The notes beneath the pieces were generated by a model. The model saw only the letters and a program-made list of their open reading frames with translations. It did not search any database and had not been told where the DNA came from. Position numbers and translations under genes: made by a program. Shown here piece by piece: positions 39,085-52,044 of a DNA stretch of 64,000 nt. Every line of letters begins with the position of its first letter. The stretch's first letter is position 1. The DNA comes from Mobula hypostoma (lineage: Eukaryota): NCBI RefSeq assembly GCF_963921235.1, contig NC_086097.1, forward strand, positions 186,002,001 to 186,066,000, given 5' to 3'.

Positions 39085-40168
39085 CTTTTCCCTCTTAATG
39101 GCCTTCTTAGTTTCCTTTTGTAAGCTTTTAAAAACTTCCCAATCCTCTGTCTTCCCACTAATTTTTCCTTCCTCTCCTTTGCTTTAACTTTGGCTTTGAC
39201 TTCTCTTATCAATCACGGTTGCATCCTTTTTCCATTTGAAAATTTCTTCTTTTTCGGAATATGTGTCTTGCACCTTCCTCGCATGAACTCCAGCCACTGC
39301 TGCTCTGCCGTCCTTCCCGCTAATGTCCCTTTCCAGTCAACTTTGGCCAGTTCCTCTCTCATGCCACTGTAATTTCCTTTACTCCACTGAAATACCGACA
39401 CATCAGATTTCGGCTTCTCTTTCTCAAATTTCACAGTGAACTCAATTATGTTATGATCACTGCAAATTCTCTCTTGAGATCCAGTGCCGACCTGATTTTC
39501 CCAATCCACTCGCATGTTAAAATCCCCCACAATTATCATAACACTGCCCTTCTGGCAAGCCTTTTCTATTTCCTGTTGTAATTTGTAGTCCACATCACTG
39601 CAGCTGTTAGGAGGTCTGTATATAACTGCCATCAGGGTCCTTTTACCCCTGCAATTTCTTAGCTCAACCCACAAAGATTCTGCACCTTCTGATCCTATGT
39701 CACCTCTTTCTAATGATTTAATATCATTTCTTACCAATAAAGCAGTGCCATGCCCTCTGTCTACCTTCCTATCCTTCCGATACACTGTGTATCCTTGGAC
39801 TTCCAGCTCCCAGAGACATGCATTCTTTAGCCACGTCTCAGTGATGGCCACAATATCATACCTGCCAACCTGTAGCTGTACAACAAGATTATCCACTTAT
39901 TCCTCATGCTGCGTGCATTTTAAGTATAACATCTTAAGTCCAGTATTTGGTACCTTTTTGCTTTGATTGCATGGCCACTCATCCCAATCTTAACCCAACA
40001 CCTGCCTGTCCCTTCTGACATTTTTACTGCTCACTATCTTAGATTTATTTCTGTTTCTCCCCCTCCTCTGCTCTATCATTCTGATTCCCATCCCCCTGCC
40101 AAATTAGTTTAAACCCTCCCTAACAGCTCTATTAAACCTTCCCGCCAGAATATTGGTCCCCTTTGGGT

Positions 40169-41038
40169 TCAGGTGTAACCCATCCTTTTTGAACAGGTCA
40201 TACTTCCCCCCCAGAAGAGATCCCAATGATCCAAGAATCTGAAACCCTGCCCCCTGCACCAGTCTCTCAGCCACGCATTCATCTGCCTGATCCGACGACT
40301 CTTGCCCTCGCTAGCACGTGGCACTGGCAGCAATCCCGAGATTACTACCCTGGAGGTCCTGCTTCTCAGCTTCCTTCCTAACTCCCGGAAATCTCTCTTC
40401 AGGACCTCCTCCCTTTTCCTATCTATGTCATTGGTACCAACGTGTACCAAGACAGCTGGCTGCTCACCCTCTCCCTTCAGAATATTCTGGACCTGATCCG
40501 AGACATCCCGTACTCTGGCACCTGGGAGGCAACACACCATGCGGGTATCTCTATCAGGCTCACAGAATCTCCTGTCTGTTCCCCTAAATATGGAATCCCC
40601 TATGACTACCGCATTCCTCTTCTCCCTTCTTCCCTCCTGCACAACAGTGCCAGGCTCAGTGCCAGAGAACCGGTCACCATGGCTGTCCCCTGTCAGGTCA
40701 TCCCCCTCAACAGTATCCAAAAAGATATACTTGTTGCTTAGGGGGGCAGCCACAAATGTGCTCTCCACTATCCGGGCATTTTCCTTCCCTCTCCTGACAG
40801 TGACCCAGTTTTCTGACCCTTGTAGCCTAGGGATGACTACGTCCCTGTAGCTCATGTCTATCACCTCTTCACTTTCCCTGATAAGCAGTAGGTCATCAAG
40901 CTGCAGCTCCAGATCCCTAACACGGTCTCTGAGGAGCTGTATCTCAGTGCACCTGGCGCAGATGTGGCCATCAGGGAGGCTGGAGGTCTCCCAGGATTCC
41001 TACATCTGACACCCTGAACCACTAACCCTGCAGACATG
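40169..41038 (-). pseudogene. CR1 ORF1: Cys-rich/coiled-coil N-terminus and SGNH esterase domain (frameshifted)
   Basis: VVIGDSIFRG, CLPGARVRDV and VHVGTNDI motifs; upstream ICARCTEIQLLRDRVRDLELQLDDL. Confidence 0.88.
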
Positions 41039-41829
41039 CTACCTAATTCTACAGGAATGAAACAAGGAAAAATAAGTCTAATCACCCACTTACCTCGCCA
41101 AACACACGGACTTTTTAAACGGTTAGCTCGTACCGTTAGCTGTGCGAGCCCTGCTATTCCTCTGTCTGTCTGTGCTGATTCGCCAAGGGGGGAGAAAAAA
41201 GAGTTGGTGCCTTGCTCTCACCTCTTCCCATTACCGCCTAAGCCCTTTGAGCCAAAGCTCTACACTCTGCTGCCACTCACTCCACTGCCCGCTCTATAGT
41301 AGTGTTATTCATTGAGCCTAAAAATATTTTCAAAAGTTGCTGTGTTCCAATCAGTTGCAAAAATGGAATATTTCATGATACATATTCATGGTTACATGAA
41401 TTGCATGCTGTTCTTTCCTATTACTCAAAATGAACAGGCATGTGGTATTTAATGTGTGTATTCTGGTAGCTGGTTATAATTAGAAATGGGTCATCTGATT
41501 TTGGTGCTGGATTATATGTAATTTGGTGGAAATCGCTGAAAAAACATTTGACAGTAGAATGCTTAATTTCTGTTATTGACCCCATCCCAAATGTGATGTG
41601 TAGCTTAAATATTTCTTGCATTGCTAATATTCTAGCAATCCAACCTGGGATTATTCTTAATCCAGAGGGTCTGTTTTCCAAGAAGTTGTGCAACTGCTTC
41701 TTGTGAGTTTTGTTTTAAAGTTCTGACATATACGCTGTTTGGATTGCTTTGGTTGTGGAATGTTTTGTTTGATTAAGAGAGCTTTGCTGGATTGACACTT
41801 GGTGTTGATTTAATTGTAGTTCAATGTAA

Positions 41830-42437
41830 ATGTATTATCTAAGTACACATGTTACCATTTACAACCTTGAGATTCATTTTCTTGCAGACATTGATAGTAA
41901 ATACAACAAACACAATTAAATCAGTGAAAGACTGCACCCAATGGGATGGGCAAACGATGGTGCAAATACAAAAAGAAAGGAAAATTAAATAATAAGAATG
42001 GTAATAAATAAGTATTGAACAGGAGATGAAGAATTCTTGAAAGTGAGGCCATAGGTTGTGGGAACAGTTCAGTGATGGAACGAGTGAAGTTATCCCTTTT
42101 GCTTCAAGAGCCTGATGGTTGAGGGATAATGACTGTTCCTGAACTTGCTGGTGCAGGTCCCAAGGCTCCTGTCCCACCACCTTGACTGCACAGAGGGAAG
42201 AGAGCATGGCCTGGATGATGGTGGTCCCTGATGATAGATGCTGCTTTCCTGCAACAGCGCTTAGTGTAGATGTGCTCAATGGTGGGGAGGGCTTTACCTG
42301 TGATAGTATGGGCCATATCTACTACTTATTACAGGCATTTCTGTTCAAGGGCATTGGTGCTTCCACGCTGGGCTGTGATGTAACTAGTCAATGTACTCTC
42401 CACCGAACATATATAGAGGTTTGTCAACATTTTAGAT
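41830..42437 (-). mobile_element. Rex1/Babar-type LINE 3' fragment
   Basis: ITGKALPTIEHIYTKRCCRKAASIIRDHHHPGHALF. Same tail as the 11690-13770 element. Confidence 0.8.
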
Positions 42438-42991
42438 AATTAAAGTTATAGAGTGAAGTCTCCCTGAAAAACTATGTTGATTCTGAATATTTCCTGAATT
42501 CGACTTCTGTTTATTTTTTTACATATTGACAAATGGACCAGCAGTTTGTGATTTTGAAGGCAGTTCGCAGAAGATTCTCAAGATTGATCCTTGAGGTGAA
42601 GGGATTGTTTATGGGGGTGCTTGACAATCTGGATGCTCAGAGGCCATGACCCCTAGCTGAGTAATCCAGAAATGGGGGACTGTGGCGTCACATTTAAACC
42701 TGTGCCAACCAAATGGCTGGAGTGCTCAAGGAGATGAGGAACTTTTCCTAAAGGTTGGGAATATTTGGAATTCTCTAACCCAGAATGTATGGAGACTGAG
42801 TCGTTGAATATATTTGAGGCTGAGACATTTTTTTTAATATAGTAAAGTCTATGGGGAATGTGCAAGGAAATGGAATTGAAGCCAAAATATGATCAACCAT
42901 TATCTAAAAGTCCATATAGGTTACTCTGGCTCTTATTTCAATGTTTTTACAAATCTTATGTAACTGATGACATAATTTCTGATATTCTTAA

Positions 42992-43216
<225 letters not shown>

Positions 43217-43692
43217 TGAAAATTCAACAAAGTTTAAATTTATCTCATTGTTGTTCTAATGTTTTTGGTATGGTTATGTTGCAGAAATGCAGTGGAAAAA
43301 TAATGATATTTGGGCAAATCACATATTTGGAAGTGTGAGAAATTTTGTCTTGACAAGGGAGGAATAATACTCCCATATATTTCCTTCTGGTTTTTGCTGC
43401 TGAAGTTCCTATATCATGCCTTATTGCCACTCTTTCCTTTATATGGTAATGTAATGTTTACACTGAACTTTTTTTTATAATGGATAACCAGTAGTGCGTA
43501 CAGTCACCTAAATGTCCCATTATGAACAAATGTGTATAGACTAGGATAGAAGCTGTATCTCCATTTATAAATTTATTGCTGCTTCTGATTTATTTTGAAC
43601 AAATTGAATGAGGTTTTTCTTTTCATACAATTCGGACTTTTAAGAAAATTGTATAATTCCATCAGCATGTTTCAAAGCACACCCCAGGAATA

Positions 43693-44077
43693 TCATCACC
43701 ATCATCATCATCATCATCATCATCGTCAGGTGCCATGCCCATTTTGATCTTTGACTGCCATGGCTCACACACTCCTGTTTCGGGTCAAGTGGATCAATTC
43801 ATTGGTATTCACTTCCAGTTCTCTGGCTGCTGTCTCCATCATCATTTGTCTTTGCCTTCCTTTTGCTTTCTTCCCTTCAATCTTTCCCATACTTACCATG
43901 CATTCTAACTCCTCTTTCCTAATCACATGTCCAATGAAGTTATGTTGCCTTTTCATAATCTCATACATTATCTCTCTTTTTGTGCTTGCTCTGTTCATGA
44001 CATCCTCGTTATATGTTTGTTTTGTCCATGATATTCTTTGCATCCTCCACATTGAAGCAGCAGAGATGTGGTTTTGG
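43693..44077 (-). mobile_element. RTE-clade LINE 3' fragment with (ATG)n tail and short inverted 5' piece
   Basis: WRMQRISWTKQTYNEDV...FIGHVIR...GKIEGKKAKGRQR; (cat)n at about 43694-43723; probable TSD aggaata. Confidence 0.85.
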
Positions 44078-44289
44078 AGGAATAATATACAAAAGTTAAA
44101 ATGCAAGGAGATATTACAACACAAAGGTAACATACCCCAGAGACTTGCAGAAAAGACTTTCAAAGGAGGAGAGATGGGGAGTTTTGAGGAGAGAATTCAA
44201 GTTATTGAGAAATGACATTATCGAGTGGTGCTCAAATATTTCTGATATTCTTAACTAATATTTAGTTTCATGATCCTACCGATTACCCA

Positions 44290-47200
44290 GCTCCCAGACC
44301 ACATCCCTAGCGTCTCCCTCTCCCTTTCTATCAATTACACAAAAAAACTATAAAGAATTTTGACTTGTGCATGGTGAAAGAAAAATAGTTGCAAATTACA
44401 GTAAAAACAATTTTCATCGACAATTTTAGAGCATACATTAGTAGTCCAACTATTCATTATTTAATTGCATTTTCACCTTTCAGTGAGATGGATGGACTTG
44501 GTGCAGCAATAGCAGCTTCTCAACGTCAGGCGGAATGTCACTCAAGGAAGCTCTAATCCCATGTTCAGTAATTTACAGTCTCTGTTTTGATGCTTTGAAA
44601 GAAGTTGGGTGACCACACTGAAGCAATGATGCTCCACTAAGTATGATGTTTGAAAGGCAATAAAGAACATCTTGACCTTTTTCTATAGGGCAGGATGGCA
44701 TTTAGAGATTTCATTCTGCAACAAAAAGTCATGATGTGATTTTTTGGAATGTCATTTTGTTGTGAGATCGGTTCTTCCTCTGAATTTCCTGTTAATTCCT
44801 CATTGCAAGTGTTCAGAAATCGATTTACTACCAAATCTAGAATTAAGAGTGAGAGAAGACCCTGAAATCTCTGATTTGTCTTTATGCAGCTCACCCAGGC
44901 GGGCACAGTATACTTGAAATTTGCCATCTGGCATTCTTTCTTTCTCACTCTCAACTTGGAGGCTTGGAGGTTGTAAACTTTACAATGTCTGAGCCTCCCT
45001 GAGACCAGTGTTGCACTTGAATAGGGTCAATTTGGACAGAAATTTGTAGACAACTGATTTGACGTTGAGATTCACATCATCTCTTTGTAATTGAGGATTG
45101 ATTTTATTTAACTTTGCAAATAATTCCAACAAATAAGCAACGTCATGAATAATATTCTTGAGTTGATTACAGAATGAAACATTCAAATCTTCAAAGAATT
45201 TTATCCCAATTTCAAAAAGCATATAAAAGTTTCTTGGGCAGTTCCCTTTTGAGAACCATCTAACTTCTGTATGCAACAGCAAGCAGTCAAACTGTTCGTC
45301 ATTCTCAATACAAAGCTGTCAAAATAGTCAAGAATTGAGAACATGGGACTTGATTTTATTTACCGCTGCGATAACAGTATTCAGTGATTTATGCACCCAA
45401 TCACTTAGGTTTATTGCAAGAAGATGTTGTCTGCAAATGACACTGTGAATGGTAAGTATAAAGCAAGAATATTGATGAGTGGAATGTCCTCTTGAAAAAT
45501 TGCTCAACAACCAGAAATATTGACTCCTGGTTGTTATCTGTTTATAGTCCCCTTGCAAATAACAACTCTGGATCCATGCTTTCTTCTTTTATGAAGCAAA
45601 CATAACAAAGAAGCAAAGATTTGTTGCCTGGCAAAGTTAACTCCTCCAACTGCAGAGCAAACTCTGTTGACCTAAGTATGTTGGACAATGTGTCTTCCTC
45701 GTTCTCAAATATTACATCTATCCACCTATTGATCTGGTGGCTTGTGCAAAGCCATACTCAGAACCTTCTTTTGCTGCTGGCAGAATCAGTTCTCCAATTG
45801 TCTGGAGCTTTCCAGGTTTGGCAATGAATCAGAATTGGGTTTATTATCACTGGTATGTTCCGTGAAATTTGTCAACTTAGCAACTGCAGAAAAATGCAAT
45901 ACATTATAATATAGAAGAAAAAATATAAATCAGTAAATCAATTACTGTAAGTATAAACAAGAGAAAATTTGCAGATGCTGGAAATCCAAGCAACACAGAC
46001 AAAATGCTGGAGGAACGCAACAGTCCAGGTAGCATCTACAGTTGATGTTTTGGGCCAAGAACCTTCAGCAGGACTGCAGAAAAAAAGCTGAAGAGTAGAT
46101 TTAAAAGTTGGGGGTAGGGGAAAGACAAACACAAGGTGATAAGTGAAACCTGAAGAGGGTGGGATGAAGTAAAGAACTGGGAAGTTGGTGAAAGAGACTG
46201 AAGGCCATGGAAGAAAGAAAAGGAGGGGGGAGGAGCATCAGAGGGAGATGATGGGCAGGCAAGGATATGTATATTTAAAAATAGTGCAAAAACAGAAATA
46301 ATATAATTTTTTTAAAAAGTGAGCGTGTTCATAGGTTCAATGTCCATATAGGAATTGAATCACAGAGGAAGAAGCAGTTCCTGAGTCGCTGGGTGTGTGC
46401 CTTTAGGCTTCCTGACGGTAACTATGAGAAAAGGGCATTCCCTGGGTGATGGGGTCCTTAATAATAGACGTCACTTTTCTGAAGTACCACTCCTTGAAGA
46501 TGTCTTGGATACTGTGAGCAATAGCATGTTGTATGAAGCACGCAAACCATCACTGTTTTGTTTGGAAGTAATGGCAAACATGTTTTGAAGTGTTTTCTGT
46601 TTCTAAAGGTTTTCACAAAGTGACTGAAAATAGCCCAAGTTCTCGTTTGCTTTATCAGTATTCTCTTCAAATGTTCAAGGAGCCTGGATGGTTTCATTGC
46701 CTCATTTGAAAAACTCTTTCACACAACAGACACATTGGCTATTGTTGGTTGCTGGGTGCTGATATAAATCTATATTTCAGATATTCCATGCTATAATGTC
46801 TACACTTCTGTTTCATTTGGTCTGCCTCTGCCATTTTTATTATGGATTAACGACCACGGTCAGTTGCCTACCATTTAAGTCCTCAAGTTGCAATCAATAA
46901 AGGGGAAAGTAATAACATCATAATAGCTCAGGCAAAATCTGACTCTGCCTGAAAGTACATGAAGTGGGCAGCAATATCTCTGTTGGGCCGTAGGCAATGT
47001 GTCAAGACCATTCAAAAGGACAGAATCTGAACTTTGCCCTATGGAGTACCATATACAGGAATTGTTTCACTGATTAGGGTTTGGGAATCATAGTAGCTAA
47101 CGTTGTACTATAGTAGTGAATGGCAATAATGCATGGGCCAGGCCCAGTAATAACACAATTTCTTTTGTCCCAGTCTCTCATGATATGCCAAGTACAGAAA

Positions 47201-47477
47201 TGTCACACTTCTTTTCAACAACTATAATGCGTTTTGAACAAAGTCTAAGAGAACCGTGTGTTAGCAGGTGATTAGGTGATAATTGTAATCAATTATGAGG
47301 CACTGATGATCAAATAGTTATAACAAGTAATTTTTTTTCTTAAATTAAGGCAGTAATCCCTCAGCTGCCCCTCTTGCTAGTAAGTGCACCCCACAGTCTC
47401 CTTACTTTATTCGCTCCACCCCTTAGAAACTCCTACCAGTCCCATATTGGTGATACTGCCCACTTCAGGAACCACTG
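44290..47477 (-). mobile_element. hAT (Buster/Charlie-like) DNA transposon fossil; transposase at about 46834-44480
   Basis: BED-like CLLCE...NEAMKPSRLLEHL; IHSVICRQHL (CxxH-like); LLHTEVRWFSKG; C-terminus HQVHPSH*. TIR-like cagtggttcctgaagtg at 47477. Confidence 0.85.
45826..46515 (-). mobile_element. Rex1-type 3' fragment inserted in the hAT, itself containing a PLE pLTR (about 45955-46265)
   Basis: The Rex1 tail is shared with the 14320 copy. The pLTR has a degenerate hammerhead (ctgctgaaggttcttggcccaaaacatc on minus). Confidence 0.75.
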
Positions 47478-48299
47478 ACATTTTCAATTCCTCCTCACAT
47501 TTTCCCATTCTATATTTTTTCAGGTGCAACTTACTGTAAACTATTGCAATTTATATACTTCCTTTCCTAACTGTGTAGGATATTTATAAAAAAATGCCAA
47601 TATTGTTTACTGTCTATAGCTGTATTCAGTCTCCTAATTACATTACTGAACCTCCAGTGCTGAGAAGTGGATTTGCTCCTTTCAGCCCTTTTTGGTCCGA
47701 CTCCTAATAACAATAAGTTCTTTGTTCCTTGTCCTTGAGCTGAGTTTATATCTGTGTTGCTGCATTCCTCTTAAACTAGATATTTGATCTTGCTGTTTTG
47801 TTTCTAAACAAATCTGCATATCTCTTATAATTTACTTATAAAAATCTGTCAGTCCAAGATTAAAGTTAACAATTGACCATGTAACAATTGCTGTTTGCAG
47901 AAAGGCATCCAAGGTTCTATCACCCTTTGTTTTTCTTGAATTGATTAGATCCAGTTTTTAAATTAGTGGAAGGGTCACAGACCAGTAAATATAATTTACT
48001 TATCACTTTATCTAACAAAACTATTTTGATAAGCCTATATCTTGCCCTATTCTCTTGCTGGTATATTTGTTATAATTTATTTTATAAATGTTCACTAAAT
48101 TGTCATTTTACCCATTTAATTAAAGAATGTTTATTTTCATTTTGCTGATGTCAACCTTACCTATATCCTTAACTGTTATATTATTCTCCCTTCCTGACAG
48201 AATATTAAATTCTTCGTACTTTGATTGCCTTTAAATAAATGTGTACTTGTCCTTAACTAAATCTAGTTTAACATTTATTGCTAAATTGAATATTAGATT

Positions 48300-49600
48300 T
48301 GATGTAGGAGCAGAATTAGGCCATTGAGTCTGCTCCATCATTCAACTATGACTGATTTTTTTCTTTCATTCTGTCTTTTCCCCTGTAACCCTTAATTTCT
48401 TCCCCCCCCCACCCCACTCATCAAGAACCTATCTACCTCTGCTTTAAATACATCCAGTGACTTGGTCTCCAAGACCTCTGTGCATATTCCACGGATTCAA
48501 CACCCTTTGGTTAAAGAAATTGCGCTTCATCTTAATTTTAAAGGGATGCTCCTTTATTCAGGTGCTCTGCCCTCTGATCCTTGGCAGTGTCTCAGCTCAA
48601 CCCACAAAGATTCTACATCTTCTCATCTTATATCGCTCGTTGCTATTCATTTAATTTAATTTTTTTTACCAACGGGGCCACCTCTTCCCCCTTACCCACT
48701 TGCCTGTCTTTTCTATTGAATACTTAGCTACCAACTCTGGTCCTCTTTAGGCCATGTCTCCTATGATGCCCATGACATCATACCCGTCAATTTAGATCTA
48801 GGCTGTAAACTCATTTGTTACATACACTGCGTGCATTGAAATACAATATCTTCAGTCCTTTTTGTGCTTCTCCACTCTAATAGTTGTTCCCTTGTTACCT
48901 GAAGTGAGATTCCTAACCCTTTCAAAACTCTGTTCCATTTTTAATCTGGTAATTTTAATAACCCCTCTTGTGTTGTGTTATCTTAAACTTCTGAATTTTT
49001 CATGCTGTTAAACCCACCTCACCAGTGTTGAATTTAAAGCCCCTGTCTACAGCCCTAGTTATGGGTCTCATGTTGTGATTTTTAGATGGAGCTTGTCCCA
49101 CTGGAACAGCTCCTCTTTCTTCATGTGCAGAACCAGTGTCCTATGAATTCAAACCTCCTTCTCCCATGTTTGCCTCTTTAGTCTTGTTGACTGAATGTTA
49201 ATTTTAATTAGTATGTGGTTCAGGTAGCAATCCAGAGATTATTACCTTTTTTGGTTCTTTTTAATTCCTAGCTGGTTATATTCCTTTGACAGAACTTCCT
49301 TGTTCTTCATATATCATTAGTACCTTCATGGACCATGACAACTGTGGCTTTTTTCTCCCATTCCAATTTCCTCGACAGACCAGATGAAATGTCCAGAACC
49401 AGGGCATCAGAAAGGCAACATAGCTGTTGGAACCTTTAATCCTGGAATCAGAGAGCTCTTCTTATTCCCTGACTATACTATTTCCAATTACAACTACATT
49501 TCTCTTCTCTCCCCCAACCCCCCCCCCCCCCCACTCTTGAATGGCATTCTAAGCCAAAATCCTATGGTTAGGTTGCCATTCCTTACTACAACCCCACTCT
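48300..49600 (-). mobile_element. Decayed CR1 with large internal deletion
   Basis: 3' tail taggagcagaattaggcc, followed by endonuclease-start and ORF1-like remnants. Confidence 0.65.
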
Positions 49601-50881
49601 CATCCACACAGGATGATCTTTACTATTTATACCACTTAATAAATTATATTATAAAGATGTTTGGTCATGGTTTCTGGAAGTGTAATAGCAATGGCTAGCA
49701 CATTATACCCTAACTTAAAATTGCATCTGCAGTTCATTCATTTAATTCTTTGTAAATGGCAGGTCTTTTATGCTTTGTGCCTTAACCTGCCCTTCAGCCC
49801 TAATGTTTCTTAATTTACAGTATCTTCCCTAATCATAGTCTCCTAGTTTTCCTTTGACCGTTAATGTTCATGGCACAATTTCTGAAGGATACACTTTTTT
49901 TTTCTTTAATAAGAGCAGTTATCTTTCCTGCCTTAGCGTTTCCCTTCCTCTTGTATACCAATTTGAAGTTTTCCTTATTTTAGTCTTTACTGTATGCTAA
50001 CCCCTGGTCTCTTCTAAAGTGGAAATTGGTCCCAAAGTTACAATTCAGTCGCAGTATTCCCCAAATTGGATTCACTCTTTCCACCCTTACCCCTTTAGCT
50101 ATGTGTTTATCTCCCTTATTTGTATATTCCTATGATAATTTGCATGTGAATCGGGTAGTAATCCAGGGATTATTACCCTCTGAGTGTTCAGGTACTTTCC
50201 AAACTGGGCCTTTTGTTTGCATTTACTTGTTCCATCATTAACCACGGCTGGATCATAACATAATAATCATCTAAGCTGATTTTGGCATAAGGGAGGTAAC
50301 ATATTATTTGGGAACCTCTTATTCTATTCAAACCCCTTTATCTTTCATTTCATATTTTCTTTCAATACTCTTTGAACAGGCGCCTCTGTCATGTTGTCAA
50401 CAGACTTGTTATCTTACCAATTAATTTTGTCTTCATTTTCCCAGTTAGAAATGTACTATTGGATAGTATCAGTGACTAGATTCTCAAACTTTGTCATTTG
50501 TATTCCCATAGGTCGTTGGTAACACTGATTCTGTACCTGACTTGATGTATTCAGAATGATGCCTATTATAAACAATTCAGACACTTCTTCCATTGTCTCC
50601 AGTTTGCTCTCCAGCTCAAAGGTTAACCTAGCAAGGATGAAGTCTGAGACCACTCCAGGAGAACTGAACAGTCAACAGATTTATTGTTCATATACCCCAT
50701 GTTACAATTTTGACAGAGCACTCTGTCATCCAGATCATTAATATAGATGACAATGTAGTTGATATGGTTAGTAAATTTGTGGATGGCACCAAAATTGTTA
50801 ATATAGTGACTGGTGTAGAAGGTTATTTAAGATTAAAATGGGATATAGATCAACAGGGGAAAGTGGGCAAAAGAATGGAGT

Positions 50882-51062
50882 AAACAACAGGAATTCTGCA
50901 GATGCTGGAAATTCAAGCAACATACATCAAAGTTGCTGGTGAACGCAGCAGGCCAAGCAGCATCTATAGGAAGAGGCGCAGTCGACGTTTCAGGCCGAGA
51001 CCCTTCGTCAGGACTAGATGCTGCTTGGCCTGCTGCGTTCACCAGCAACTTTGATGTATGTT
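50882..51062 (-). mobile_element. 181-bp fold-back PLE pLTR-derived insertion
   Basis: Perfect 13-bp TSD aaaagaatggagt (50869-81, 51063-75). Perfect 48-bp inverted repeat (50919-66 / 51015-62). Confidence 0.9.
50980..51015 (-). ncRNA. Minimal type-I hammerhead ribozyme, intact consensus
   Basis: Minus strand: agtc-CUGACGA-agg gucucgg ccu-GAAA-cGUC-gacu. All core nucleotides, the ACGU palindrome and the GUC cleavage triplet are present. Confidence 0.85.
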
Positions 51063-51718
51063 AAAAGAATGGAGTGGCTGATGGAACTTAACTCTGACAC
51101 AATGCAAAGTTTGCATTTTGGCCTGTGCTTGCTCGGTAAATGACAGGGTGCTGTAGAGCAGAGGGATCTTGGGGTCCTAGTACATAGTTTTTTGAGAGTG
51201 TAGATTGGATGGTGAAGAAGGCACACTTGCTTTCATTGGTTAGAACACTGAGTACATGAGAGGACAACATGTTACAACTTTCCAAGTCATTGGTGAGGAT
51301 ACACTGTGGTATCATGTGCACTGCTAGTCATCCAGCTAGAAGGAGGATGTCATTAATCTGCAAAGGGTGCAGAAAAGATACATACGGCTGTTGCTGTTGC
51401 TGGGGCTGGAGAGCTTGAGATATCAGAAGAAACTGGGATTGCCTTTTCTGGAGTGAAGACTGGGGGTGGGGGTCACCTTATAGAGGTTTATAAAATCATG
51501 CAGGGCTAGATAAGTTGTGGTCAGTCTCTTTCACAAGGCAGGAAAGTCTAAAGTTCAAGAGCATGGGTTTAAGGTGAGAGGAGAAACATTTAAGAGACCT
51601 TGGGGCAAGTTTTTCCATACTGAAGGTGGGCAGTAACTGGAATGAGCTGTCAGAGACAAGTACAATTAGAACATTTAAAAGACATTTAGACAGATAAATA
51701 CATAGGAAAGATTTAAAG

Positions 51719-51797
51719 CAGGGGTTCCCAATCTAGGGTCCATGGACCCCTTAGTTAATAGTGGCGGTCAATGCTTAAAAAAGTTTGGGAACCCCTG
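51719..51797. mobile_element. hAT (Charlie/MER5-like) MITE, 79 bp
   Basis: 13-bp TIRs caggggttcccaa / ttgggaacccctg; imperfect 8-bp TSD atttaaag / gtttgaag. Confidence 0.8.
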
Positions 51798-52044
51798 GTT
51801 TGAAGGAATATGTGCCAAGTACAGACAATAGGAGTAGTTGGTTTGTGTGGATGAGTTGAGCTGAGTGGCCTGTTTCCATGCTCTGTGACTCTTTCATCTA
51901 AACTCTAGTTATTTTCTTCTCCTTTAAAATTTACCCCATAAAGGCACCTTTTTCATCACAGTAGAGGTTCGTTTCTTGTTTTTGAAGTCTTTCACTATGC
52001 ACGCCTTAAATGCAAATTGCCTGTTTTCACTGATTTTATTTTTT

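Larger units (their letters stand above)
37205..41300 (-). mobile_element. Near full-length CR1 LINE (5' UTR, ORF1, ORF2, 3' UTR)
   Basis: ORF1, endonuclease and RT in order on the minus strand, with the 3' tail at about 37205. Confidence 0.95.
50740..51895 (+). mobile_element. Old CR1 RT/3' fragment hosting a PLE insertion and a hAT MITE
   Basis: SKFVDGTKI, RDLGVLVH and RVQKR motifs and a CR1-type 3' end. Confidence 0.75.
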
